Shown: positions 14,325 to 27,011 of the stretch, piece after piece
Layout: every line of letters starts with the position of its first letter
Numbering within the stretch: the stretch's first letter is position 1
Program-made: the position numbers and the translations under genes
The notes under the pieces: generated by a model
What the model saw: the letters and a program-made list of their open reading frames with translations, nothing else
Databases searched by the model: none
Told to the model about the DNA's origin: nothing
Source: Catajapyx aquilonaris
Lineage: Eukaryota
DNA length: 64,000 bases
NCBI GenBank assembly: GCA_000934665.2
Contig: KZ538214.1
Location: forward strand, 62,001-126,000
Reading direction: 5' to 3'

Positions 14325-14847
14325 AGAAAAATGATTAAAGTTGACACAATATTATTGTTTTACTGATGATTGCTGGTGTGCACACTTCTAATGAACTTGG
14401 GCACGCCCTATCTCTTAACACCTGCTTGCTAATGAACCTGCAACTTTCATTACCAAATCCCATGCCTCCAAGGAGTGTGAGAGGTGTTTATCTGGCCAAC
14501 AATTTATTGGGTCAAGTCCCCATTCACACCTTCGTCATTGCCACATTCTCCATCATCGACTTCATATAGTGTTTGCATGTCACCTACTGTGTATAAACCC
14601 CTTCCATCTCTTCGCTCCCTAAAATCGCATTTAAAACGTGTCAATACTCCTAGGCTTCCCGTACTGCGCCTCCGCAAGTGCAGTCAATGCACGCGTCGTA
14701 TTATTTTTGCGAATAATTCGGCAACACGAAATTTCGTGTGCGAAATTGACTGGCGAAGACTCCCCCGCCATCTGTCGACCGTATTGTCAAGTTCCAGTTA
14801 GTTCCACATCCGGTCCGCGTGAGGGCAGCACGAATGCCCGTCCCAAA

Positions 14848-17800
14848 ATGGACACGAATGGAAATGGCAAGACGGAGCTCTTAACGTTCCGGGAAATCCT
14901 CCGGAGACAGAGAGACGATTCCGACGTAAGTTTGACAGGGGTCACAATTTCCCAGCCGTTTCCTTACAGGCCGCTTGTTTTTTTAAATCGACAGAATTAA
15001 AACAACCCGGGGTTGAAAACGGGGTGAAAAATAGAATCCGAACTTGTTTCGAACGAACGAACGAAAAAAAAAAGAAAAAAGAATCCGGGTGGGGGCAGTG
15101 GGGTGGAGGGGTGTGAAGAGGGGGCGGGGGTGAAACAAAAGACGGTCGTGGGTTTTGAGGGGGCGCTGGTTTTGCGGGGTTGGTTGGCCCCTGGGTGTTC
15201 TCTGAAGGGTGTTCGATCGGGTCTGAAGAAACGAAGGAAGGATGGTGGAGATGTCGTGCACGTCCATTGGGCTCATTATGAGCCCGTCTGACTGCTGTGA
15301 TCACATCTATCCGGTGAGATAGGGTTTTTTGGGGAAAAGGTCAGGCCTAAGGAGGGGGTGACAGTGGGTCAATGTGGGGGGTAAAGATGTATGTAAGGGT
15401 GTGACATGTACTGTCAGGCTGTCGTGTGATGTCTAGTGGCATGTACACAGTCATGCCGTTACAGTACATACGGACGGTTAGGCCCTGAATTGTCAGAAGT
15501 TTGTCACATTACGTTCATTACGTAAAATTTTAGTTAACCGTCATTCATCAGTGTTGACACCAGCCTTATTACGTGAAGGGCTGGCTTAAAATAATTCTGG
15601 TGGCGTAACTTTCTTGCTGTTATGATTGGCTGTGTGACGACTGGTGCACTGTTTTCCGGGTACGTTCAATACGCTGTGTTCTGAACGGTTCTCTCGGAAT
15701 TGAACGTTGCTACCGTAATGCAACAATGAGGTTTTGGTCGTTTCACTTTTTTCTGCTGGACGGAAAGAATTTTACAATGGGCCGTGCACAAAAGCCTATT
15801 ACTGGTAACTTGCATCATGTGCACATACAACTTGTACGAATTTAACTGGCTTAGTAGAATGGTGGAAGTTGGAGGGGGAAGGGGATAGTTAGCCCCCCCA
15901 CAGGGACAGGCTAGGCAATTACTGGTGAATCTGCATCTTGAATTGAAGAGACAGGAAAAGCCTCCTCCGAGTCATTAAAGAAAATTATACAGGAAAAGTG
16001 CAATAATGAGAAACCAGTTTTTACTGTCTACTCTACCTATTCCACTGGACAGTTATTGAGTTCATAATTGGAAATGCAGCATAATTTTTGGGCTTCAGAA
16101 CAATTAGAAACCATATTACTGTTTCTCGACAGTATCACTGAAATTTCATATGGTTCACCTACGTAATGGGTGAATTAAGGCACTTATAAAGTAAGTATTG
16201 TCTTATTATTATTACCAGCATTATATTCGCCATGACTGGTTTGCTGAGAACCTAAACATTGTGCAAAATGTGGGTGGCTTGTACTAATAGCGGCTAAATT
16301 TTTTTGTTCCCTTTAAACTCTAATTGGTTATTTCTTTCAGAGTGGCAATGACTGCCCAGATGTGGACTTTATTTATGACGATGCAGACTCCCACATCAAC
16401 GAGGTGGCAGAGCTCTACAGCTACACTGAGCAGCCAGAGTTTCAGCAGAATGCCCGTGCATTTGAACTGCTTATGGAGGAGTACAAGCTGGTGCCCAGAT
16501 GGCAGACACTATCCAGAGAGCAGCAGAGGGCCGTCATCATGCGCATGCTCGACCAGGTGGAGATGTCCAACAAAGGGGCTCGCATGAAGGGGGCCAGGGC
16601 CTTCCTCTACGTGGCTCAGGGTTGCTGGATGGAGGTGCAGTCAGACGAGGAACAGCAGAAATGGGCCAGGGAGAACGTCATGCTGATTTACCAGTGCGGA
16701 GTCTTCAGTTCCTTCATTGAGCTGCTCAATCTTGAGATAGAGTAAGGACGCTGAAATTAAGCGAATTTTCAAAGTTGTAATGTACTTAAATGACTTTGCT
16801 GCAGGAATAGTGGTGTGGCAACTATGGCCATGCGGAAGCTGGCTGTCAGCTTGGCCGATTCAACCGACCTTCGTGTTATCCTCTGTGTGCTGTGCACCAT
16901 GGTAGAGGTCATGCGTTGCGCCAAGGATGACGACACAGATGAGACCAAGCAACTCAGGCAGAATTTCAGGAATGAACTGGGTGTGTATTTGTAATTGCTG
17001 TTTTTTCATAGCTTTTCTATAGTTTTTGTGAATCTGATTTTGTATTGTATGATGAGCTGTGTAGAGGGCATTTAATAGGCTACATTACCCTGAATGACAT
17101 TAAAGCTTCAATGGTAATATCAGCTTGTTTTTAACATTCAAAGAGTAAATACATTTAAATAACCTTGTTCATAGAGTTGGCCAGATTTGTAGAAATTCGC
17201 AGCATGTGAAATTGGGGAGACTGCAAAATAGAATGTCCACTCTCAACGAGACTGGTTTTTCTGCATTCTTTGCGGCAAGCCAACATGTATACACCCATCA
17301 ATATTAATTTCTGAGCTATGGTAACGCTTTACAAAATCTTACAGCCCAATCATTTGGAGAGGAACTCCTTGCAGTCAAGCTTTTGGGAATGGTCACCAAA
17401 TTCTGCAGTGGATCGGCACCACATTTTCCGATGCGCAAAGTCCTTCTTTTGCTCTGGAAAGTCTTGTTGCTGTCTCTAGGTGGAACCAAAGAGCTGAAGG
17501 ACCTCAAGAGTAAGTTGGCATTTGCCTTTTATCCTTATTGAGTGTTGAGGGTCATTAGTAATGGTATTCTCTCTGCAGAGACGTACCGAGAAGGGTCTGG
17601 ACTGGCTCCCAATGAAGAGGATACCTTGGAGATTACCCGCTGCATGAGGGCAGCGTCTCCACCTGCAAGTGCTGCTGATCTCTTGGAATCACAGAACCAG
17701 AAGAGAAATAACCGTCCTTTTAGAAGGGTAAGTTCAGGGTTAGTTTTGCTTAGGGCTGTGTGATAGTTTGGTATTTTTCACATGTGCAATAAATATTTTA

Positions 17801-20800
17801 AAAATATTGCATGGTCCATCCTATGATGTAAAAGTGACCTAATGTCTGCTTTTGTCCAGCTAGTATTTCTCCCAAGTTCTTTATGAGATTAAGGTTGAAA
17901 CTTGGTACACTCGTTGTCTGGGCATTGTGTCTGTGTCTCAAATTACGCAATGCCATGAAGGTGGAAGCAGGGAGGGGTGATAGGGGGAGAAACACTTTTC
18001 AGTGCCAGGTTGTGTGTAGCTGTATCAATTTAATGCATTCGGCCTTCGCTGAGGAGTGTGACGCACATTTTTACTGTTACTCTGGTTACTCCAACTGTTG
18101 CCTGTTTTGGGTCCTTGGACTGACTTGTGTTTTCAAACACTACATTGCATCCTAGAGGTGCCTCTTTCTTTCTTTACATAAAGACAGACTCTGTACACTA
18201 CTACTTTCTGGTCCAGAGATTCTGTCAACAAGAGAATGCAGATTGGTGGGGCAGAGGAGAAGGCAGAGGGTGAGGGCAATTTGCACGTCAAGTGCCACAG
18301 CAGTGGACAGAACAATGCCAGGTTTAAACAACCAACTCTATCTGCAGGGATGCCAGTAAACCATTTAGCAAACGTCTCCGCCACTGATTTGCTAGGTAAT
18401 GAGTCGAGTCCGGATTTTTATGCTAATGCCTATTTGGCCTTTTTTGGGATAGCTTTTGAACTTTTTGAAGCAATTTTTTGGGCCTTTTTGGGCCTATTTC
18501 TTCAGAGGCATGTTTGGTTTTTTTGCGGAGTATTTTTTGTGCTCCTGATAGGACCAAAATTGTTCAGAAGTAATACTACAAGTCATGTTTCTGTGATGCA
18601 TATGCCAAATATTTTTATAAATTTTCCTCCGATTGTTCCAAACAAAGGAAAATTTAGAAAAATATTTGGGAACATGCAAGTGGAAATTGGCTATAAGCGG
18701 TAGAGTCCAGAACAAGTGATACTTGCTTGCACTTTGTGCCTATTGCCACTTTGGGCCTATCAAGACAGGACATAATTAAGACAATTTCGCCCTATATGAT
18801 GTCCTGTACATGCGCGTAGGCAGGAAAATTTTAGGGGGGGGCGCATCACATAAGCACAAGGTGAACAAGCCGTAAAGGGCAGGGAGGAAGCCTGCCACAG
18901 CTGAATTTTTTGGTGGAGTTCAAGGTCACATGTGCTTAGGTGAATGTGGGAGATTTGAATGGGTGTATTTGATAAAATTGGTAGAACTTTTTCCAAAAAA
19001 TCATGAATTAGTAATTTCTCATGCTGTTTCAAACTGTCCTGTGTATCGTCGCGGTCCGGACAAATTTGCGTCGCTGTCCGCCAATTGAATAGCCCTGGTT
19101 TAGGCCTATAAAATTATTGTAGCTTTTAAATTTTCTGTAACATTATCCTCCTTATTCCCAAAAAAGTAATTTTTTTTGGCCTATTTGAGGTTTTTCGTGC
19201 CTATTTCAGGGTTTTCCGTGCCTAAAAATCCGAACTCTTGTAATGAGACAATCAGAACTGAAAGCTGCCAGTACAGCTCGGTGATGGCAGACATACAGTA
19301 AAACTTCTATAAGTCGAACTTCCCTAAGTCGAAGAAAATGTTGAGCTTGGTTGGTCATAATGTAAAATAATAGGAAATAAACTTCCCTAATTTGAATTTC
19401 TATAACTCGAAGTGCTGGCAGATATCAATGTATTTTCTGTCTCCCTAAATCGTAGTTCATGTTGGGGGAGTACGGAAAATTTTCTGATTTCCCAGCCAAA
19501 GGGTCGAGAGTAGGCCACATGTACAGAAAGGCTCAATTTCCTGATCTCCGTCTACCAGACGTACTGAAAGAAGTGTTTGACTCGATTGTGACAATTGCAT
19601 CCTTGAATCTAAGAGTAGGCAAATGTTAATAACGGAGTTCATTTTTTTACAACAAAACAACGAGGAACATTGTAAGTTTGATAGTGACAGTTATTTTTAA
19701 GTCTTGAACACCTTTCGTCACTGGATATAAAGGTAGGCTTTCTTAGTGACTTCTGTGCTTATGAAAGGCCAAACTTCTCTAACTCGAATCTTCTATAACT
19801 CGAAGTTTTTTGCAGGTCCCATGGAGGTTCGACTTATAGAAGTTTTACTGTAATTAGCAATACATCACCCATACACCATGTGTACAGGAAGTACCCATTT
19901 TATGCCATTAATTGGTTCCAGCAAAACGTGGCGGCGTAAAGTGAATCGGCGTAAAATGAGACAAAATTATAATGTAAATTAATGAAATAGCTTCCAAAAT
20001 GTCCAGAAATTTCCCATAGGCAGTACCGGTGATATTGCTGTTTTTAGTGCTGGATATTTGAAACATGGGAGAACAATGGGAAGTTCCAGGTTGAGGGCCA
20101 TCGGGTTCTGAGGGCTCCTGTCCTTATTTTGACAAGAACTGCAGATTGTCAGGTCTGCACACATGTGTAGGTGGGTGTTCCCTCGAATGAGCCAGCAACG
20201 ATGGCGAATGTGTCAGCATCATCCACACACATTGAGCAATGAGCTATTGTGCATTTTCAGTGGGCGAAAGGCAAAACATAACCACAGCATCGTTGGGCTC
20301 ACTGGGCCTACACCATTTCTTACACTTCAAAACCAACCCAAATCATTCTTCTTTCCACTGCACTGTAGCTGCTTCCATAGCACATTTGGAGACTCACCTG
20401 CCAACAGCCCGAGTGTGCCCGAGGGACTGCGGAGCAATGGCAGCGCCAAATCCGGGGTGGCGGGTGCTAACACATTTGCCGTCTTTGCTGGCTCATTTTG
20501 CTGGCTCGTTCTCATTTGCTGCACTAGGGGATGCAGATGTGTGCAGACCTGACCTTACACTGAGCGACTTTCGTCTCTTTGCTCCCTTGAAAAAAAAAGG
20601 CCTTATGGTAAAAAACGGAGTTCTATAAACATGGTATCTTTAACCTTGTGCCACGGTGGGACAAATGAATCAACAGAAATGGTTCATAATTATGTTGAAA
20701 CATAGCCAATGATTGTCCCTTGCTGTCACATATAAAACATTTGTTAACTAGGCTTGAAAAGAATTACTGTACATTACTTATAGATTTGCCCTTGCACATT

Positions 20801-23800
20801 AACAATTTATATGCAATCATTAGTGACAACCCCTTCATTAGCTGCAGCTTGGTAGAATTCAGAATGATGAATGTTTTGTGTTTTGGTGACAGGAAATATG
20901 GGAAATGATTCTTTGGAAGCAAAGGAAGGGATGTTCGTGTTTTGTTAGGATACATATACTACCAGTGACGTTACCGTGGTACTGGATTTTGCAAGCCTAG
21001 GCCAAGAATGCTTGCTACTAAACCAAGCCTACTCTTGAGTGTCAAGATCAGTTCTTGGGTTTTTCCCTGCCAAATATTTTCTTGAGGTGGTGAAGTATGT
21101 GGAGGTCATGTACTGCAAGGTCTGCATTGCATTGAGGATGGTCAAAAATCCTCCCCTGCTTCAGATTTTGAGTACCGTGTGTGCTCTACCAAATACATGA
21201 CTGTGTATGTGCACATATTCGTGAAGAGTTGATATGGTGCAGCCATGAAAATACTCCATGTAGTACATACTTTACATCTAGTGACCTTCACATGTTTTGC
21301 TACTTCCAGGAAATATTGGCTGAAGGAGTGACCTAAGAGACGGTTGAGTAGATATGATGGTGAGAGAGCTCAATGCTAGCTTACAAAGTCTGGAATCATG
21401 ATATTAGATAAGACTTCATTGTGTTTGTGTGCTCCTGCCTATAACGCTTTCCCGCTTTTAATGCCCTTTTTTCCCCTGGCCCTTGATCACTCCCATAAGG
21501 CCCAATGGTAACTTTTCCACCTTATAGCGCTTCCCGCTTTTAACTCTTTCCCACACCTGTTGAACCTGTTTATGGGCCTGAATTCATGGACACGTATACG
21601 CAAATCCGAGTGGTCTGATGTATACCACTCAATTTCCCTGGTCCTCGGAGGCACTTATCCCGCATGTAACGTCAAAGGAATATTATGCTTAAGTACAAGG
21701 GCTTGAATTTCACCCTGCCGGCCAAGATTTGGTTGGGCGAGTGATGCGGCAACGGCAGGGAGACCCACTGACAGTGGAAGGGCTGGGGGGACTCAAAAGC
21801 AGGCTGGCAGTATGGGAGCAATGAGCAATTGACAACAGTTTATGATTAACACGGCATTTTTTCCATACACATTTGAGGTACGAGGGCTATTGTGGGATGG
21901 TGTACGGAGGTGACCTATGGCCCTGGTTAGTGACTATTGTTGTGGGTGCTTCAGGGGATATTTTTGGGGTCTACGTGGTACCTGGGCAGGTCAGTTCAGG
22001 TTAACATGGTTTATAAGAATCTATAGCACCAGCGAAGGCATGCATTTCTTGAGACAATTGTGTTGGTAAATCGCATTTCCTGCAGATAACGAATTCCCGC
22101 TTATGGCACTACTTTTGGGCAGTCTATTGCAGAGCGTTATACCTAGATTTTACTGTATTTTAAACTCCCAAGTGTCCCTTACTTTTTGGACATGGTAATG
22201 CATTTGCATGAACTCTACATCCTACCTGTTTGGGGGTAATTCCATCGTAACTGATGCAACATTTGGAAAGGGATTCGTGGTGTACTCATATTTATTGCAA
22301 TGGCAAATGTTAATGGAAAAGGAATGTAAACTGATTCCCATGTGGCTGCCTGATGGTAGCTTATTGCCATATTTTCATAATTTCGCAATAGTAACTTTAA
22401 TGAGCTGGCACTGGTGGTTAGGGCGTTCACCTCTGGTCCCTTGTGGGTTTGAACCCGGCCAAGGTCGGTGACTTTTCTCCAGGTGGTAGAAAAGTGAGTG
22501 CACCTTCCTTCGGAGGGGAAGTAAAGCCGTCGGTCCCGTGTGCTTGTGACATCTACGCAAGTGCACGTTAAAGATCCCCAGAGTGGCCAAATTTCCAGGA
22601 GTAGGACCACCCCCTGGCGTCAGTGTTTAGCCTTAGCGTCAGAAATTGGCCGACGTTAAGCCCCACTGATAAGTAACTTTAATAATGAACTGAGTAAAAT
22701 ATTAATATACGTAATGTAAGGGACTCAACATGAAAAAAGACAAGCTCTTTGGGGGCAGCTGTAGTGACGTAAAACGCTGTGAGCGGAATGTGATTCGCAG
22801 TAATGTTACAACTGATATGTAATCTACACTCATGGAACAATTTTGTGATTTTTTTAGATCACACCTGTTGATCATGTTTTCAGGAGAAATTAGGAGTAAC
22901 GTAACTGATGCAACAAACATTAGTAACTGACACAACTTCCTACTAAAATATCTTCACTATTCCATGGCCCTGCTGCTATCTGGTAACAGAAAGTTGCTAC
23001 ACCTAATGCTTTCAATAAGCCACCTACCACCCCACAATACGTGACTGACTTTTTGGATCATGTCTGTTCCCGTGGAATTACCCTTGGACAAAGGTTTGCC
23101 ATGAATCAATGAAACCCTACAGAAGTCTTGCTTATGTTGTGGAAGAGGACACCGCACCTAATTACAGCTGATTTTCATATTACATCTGTATTTTTCAGAG
23201 CCTGATGAAGCAGAGCTCGCTGGATGAGTCTCTGGTGATGGATTTTGAGATGGGGGACCAAGCAGATGAGGAGATGCGTGAAATAGAAGAGCGTCGTGCC
23301 ATGGAAGAAGCTGGAGAACTGCCACAACCACCCAGCCCACGACCCATGACTCCAGTCTCAGTCAAATCAAAGGGTCTTCCGTGGGCCCCCAAAGTTCGCC
23401 AGCGTGATATTGACCAGTTCCTTGACAGCACCCGCCTTAAGTTTGTTGGATTCCCCCTCCAAGGCGATCGCGACTCGTTGGCTGGTCTCCCTCACCCTAT
23501 TCATGAAGGGGTGCGTGTCCTGAAGCAGCACATGTATGTTTCACTGTCAGAGGTGCAGATCCAGCGAGAAGATGAGATTGCCAAGAACCCCATGTCCAAG
23601 CCTGAATCAGACGTGCCACAAACTCCGACAGAGGTGCTCTACCAGGCCATGCTTCCCAACCTCCCGCAATACATGATTGCACTTCTGAAAATATTACTGG
23701 CTGCAGCTCCCACTTCCAAGGCCAAGACAGACTCCATCAACATTATGGCAGATGTGCTTCCAGAGGAGATGCCAATGACCGTCCTCCAGTCTATGAAACT

Positions 23801-24856
23801 AGGGCTGGACGTGAATCGTCACAAGGAGATTGTAGTCAAGGTATTACAGAAAATTCACTGAGATACTGCTCATGTTCTGCCTGCTTCTGTAACCTCAGTC
23901 GCTAATTGTAAGTGTAATTTACTTACAGGCCATCTCGGGTGTGCTGCTTCTCCTTTTGAAGCATTTCAAGATCAACCATGTCTACCAGTTTGAGTTCATG
24001 TCGCAGCACCTGGTGTTTGCCAATTGCATCCCCCTAGTCCTCAAGTTCTTCAATCAGAATATCATGGCCTACGTCAGTTCCAAGAACACCATCCCAATCC
24101 TGGACTTCCCGTCGTGTGTAATTGGAGACCAGCCTGAACTGACTGTGGAGAGCTTGGAGATTGGGGACCAACAGCAGTTCTGCTGGCGGAACATGTTCAG
24201 CTGTGTGAATCTCCTTCGCATCTTGAACAAGCTGACCAAGTGGAAGCACTCTCGCATCATGATGCTGGTTGTGTTCAAGTCAGCGCCGATCCTGAAGCGA
24301 ACTCTCAAGGTCAAGCACGCCATGATGCAGCTCTATGTTCTCAAGCTACTAAAGATGCAGACGAAGTACCTGGGGAGGCAGTGGCGCAAATCTAACATGA
24401 AAACCATGAGTGCAATCTACCAGAAGGTGAGGCACAGGCTGAACGACGACTGGGCCTACGGGAATGACCTGGATGCCAGGCCATGGGATTTCCAGGCAGA
24501 GGAATGTGCCCTCAGGGCTGCCGTGGATCGATTCAACAACAGGAGATATAACAGCGGCAATAAGGTGAGTTTTGAGTCCGTGTACTGCCACTAACAGCCA
24601 CATTTCGGAGATTTTGGGAGATGGGTAAACCTGGAAGCCCCAGGGCTGAATACTTTCTTGCAAACTGACACGTTTGCATTTCGCTTTCTTCCAGGATCCT
24701 GACTTTGAACCTGTGGACAACTGCCTGGTGAGCCTGCTGGGGAGCAGAGTAGAGTTGTCGGATGAATTCAAGCAGCATTACGAGCTCTGGCTGCAACAGG
24801 AGGTGTTCCAGGCCAATGTGGACTGGGACCAGCTGCTTCAGTCCAGTCTTCTTTGA
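14848..24856 (+). CDS. STRIP: Striatin-interacting protein 1/2 homologue (FAM40/Far11 family, STRIPAK complex). join(14848..14925,16341..16741,16805..16980,17345..17509,17579..17727,23199..23840,23929..24564,24695..24856); 802 aa
   Basis: All seven introns are GT-AG with consistent phases; 2409 nt total. Family motifs present: DFIYDDAD...[141 protein letters not shown]. Confidence 0.96.
18404..19239. mobile_element. hAT-like non-autonomous element in STRIP intron 5
   Basis: Imperfect TIRs (GAGTCCGGATTTTTA / TAAAAATCCGAACTC), flanked by 8-bp direct repeat GTAATGAG (18396-18403 and 19240-19247), with GCCTATTT subterminal repeats. Confidence 0.7.
19296..19850. mobile_element. pogo/Tigger-like MITE in STRIP intron 5
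   Basis: Perfect 24-bp TIRs CAGTAAAACTTCTATAAGTCGAAC, TA on both flanks (19294-95, 19851-52), subterminal CTATAACTCGAA repeats, no coding capacity. Confidence 0.9.
20548..20705 (+). pseudogene. Mariner transposase C-terminal relic
   Basis: [16 protein letters not shown] resembles the mariner YSPDLAPSD motif, followed by [20 protein letters not shown]...YVET*. Has an internal deletion and stops. Confidence 0.8.
21434..22155. mobile_element. Degenerate Tigger/pogo-like MITE
   Basis: Right end ...AGCGTTATACCTAGATTTTACTG followed by TA. CCCGCTT(A/T)TA-type subterminal repeats at both ends. Left TIR eroded (TATAACGCT remains). Confidence 0.55.
22402..22671 (+). mobile_element. tRNA-derived SINE in STRIP intron 5
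   Basis: Degenerate A box (TGGCACTGGTGG) and B box (GGTTTGAACCC). Body CCTTCGGAGGGGAAGTAAAGCCGTCGGTCCC...GCACGTTAAAGATCCC resembles arthropod SINE cores. 12-bp TSD AGTAACTTTAAT at 22390-22401 and 22672-22683. Confidence 0.8.
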
Positions 24857-25376
24857 TTTCCAATGGCCCTCATCACCTCTGTCACCTCTGCTATGTATTC
24901 TGGGTAATTCCTCATCAGCAGTGTTTAGAATGAACAACTTTTGAGAGAGGAGGAGGGGGGGGAAAGATACCTGTTTTGCACAGTGTAGCGTAGGTGTGGA
25001 TGGGACCACCTTCACAACCACAAACAGACTGGACTTTGTAAATTTATCAGTTCTTTGGCATCACCGGCTGCACATAACAAAATGGGCCTACTTGAGGTAT
25101 ATTTTGCAATTTTTATTAACCATCATGTCATAAACTGATAATACGTGTACATAGGAGATGCGCACTTTTACAAATGTTCCTCCTTCATTAGCATCTACCA
25201 AGGCTCTTGTTAAATAAGTTATTTGTAGATATTTTCATTGAGTTTCTCTTTTACGACACATTGAAGTGAATGTTGTTCCCAGTGGCCTCTGTACGGGGCG
25301 TATAGTTTTTAATCTTCATGACCATATATTGGTACTTGGTAGAAGTTAAAGCAATAACTGCATCTGCGTGCTTCCA

Positions 25377-25382
25377 AATAAA
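25377..25382 (+). promoter_or_regulatory. Candidate polyadenylation signal of STRIP (alternative at 25802-25807)
   Basis: AATAAA hexamers about 0.5 and 0.95 kb after the stop codon. Confidence 0.35.
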
Positions 25383-26841
25383 TTGGAGCATTTTTAAAGG
25401 TGGAAAAAGAAACAATTTGATGTGGTCAACCCAGGTGATTCAGAACTTCTACCATGTTGATACATTTGGAGTTTTTGAACATTTATTGATCAAATGAATT
25501 TGCCCTTTGTGAGGTGCACCTGAAGACATATGTGAAGTTTTTAGGTTAGAGAATTTTGTAGTTGTCAATTTGGATACTATTTATTTATTTTATGTTGTAG
25601 ATAAGGAAATGGAGGGTGTGAAATGTGAAATCTCAGCGCAGCTGAAGAAGACTGTGCTTTTTGCGCTCGTTTGCATATGCATCTTATTCTCTGTTTACTG
25701 CTTTGCCGGTAGACCTTATGCTAGAAAATGTTTTGTGAAAAGAATACCTGTGCGTGCATTTGGTTTGTTCAGAAATGTGTGTGCACAAAATGTGCTGGCA
25801 AAATAAAGTCAAAGTTCTTGGAATAAGCAATGATCTATTTCCAATGCTCAACAAGACGAAGATGGGTGTATCAAAGTGTGCAACCTTAAAGTTGTGCCCA
25901 ATTGCTTCAAGTTGCATGCATTTGACTTTGCAGAAACATTTGAAGTGGAGTCAAATGACTGGTCAAGGACAGTCGATGTACTGGTGGCATTGGAAGGAGT
26001 CACTGGGTCTTAATTGCTCCACTAAACTGCTGTTTAAGTACAGGTCAGTTGGGTTTGTTTGCCTTTTAATTTTGACTAGGCACCACCTTGCCAAAATTTG
26101 GCACAAAATTAGGCAAAATTGCAAAAGTGGGGAGAGGGAGAGAGAGAGAGAGACACAGACCAGCAGCGTCATCGGACAGTGAATTGCCAAAGTAAGACGG
26201 TGCAGAAGTAAGCGAGTCGCCACCCTGGAGGTGGTGCCCCGCCACCGGAAGGGCGTTTATGGGAACTCCATGGAAAGGTCGCTGTGTTTTTTAGGAGGTC
26301 GGCGTATTTTGCGTTTTATCAATTCCTGGGCACTATTTCCAAAAAAGAAAAGTTTATTGCAATTGTAGAAAACGGTGGCTAAATTCTGACATCACTCCCA
26401 ATGCTGTAGGCCATACACAGCAGGAGGAATCACCATCACAGTATAGGGTATTAATAATATAGATATTGGCTATCGCCACATGGTAGATAGCCGCAAGGCA
26501 TATTCAGTGCGTCAAGGGCAAGGAATTAAATTGCAGGAGAGGTCATGCTTAATGTTTTAATGTGATATCTCCTACCTGCAATGAGAAAATGTAAGCCACA
26601 TGATGACACATCACGATCAATGGTCCAGAAATTTATGACCATTTTTAAAATGGGCAAAAAATACATGTAGTAATCAAGTTGAACGATTCCATTGTGATGA
26701 TTATTTTTAAAACTGCGCTTCAAGGGCGTTTTAAAAGTTTAAATTGTAATGCATGAATGGAATTGAAGTGGTACATTTAAACGAAGCAATTTTGTGTAAA
26801 CTTTCCTCATTTTTGTTTCTCTTAACTAAGAGGACGTCATT

Positions 26842-27011
26842 TGTACAGTGTTGGACATGAATCGAGGCATATTGCTAGAGACATTTTCCGAAGCGGCAAA
26901 AGAAGGAATCCAAGATAAGTATACTGCAAGCCGGGCGAGCAAGATTCCTTCTTGTGCCGCTTCGGAAAATGTCGCTAGTAATATGCCTCGATTTACGTCC
27001 ACCACTGTACA
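26842..27011. mobile_element. Fold-back MITE with 69-bp arms
   Basis: Arms 26842-26910 and 26943-27011 are reverse complements with 6 mismatches. Ends are TA-CAGTG...CACTG-TA. Confidence 0.85.

Noticed and set aside
23497..25021. Antisense ORFs overlapping STRIP exons
   Set aside because: Expected shadows of GC3-rich coding sequence.
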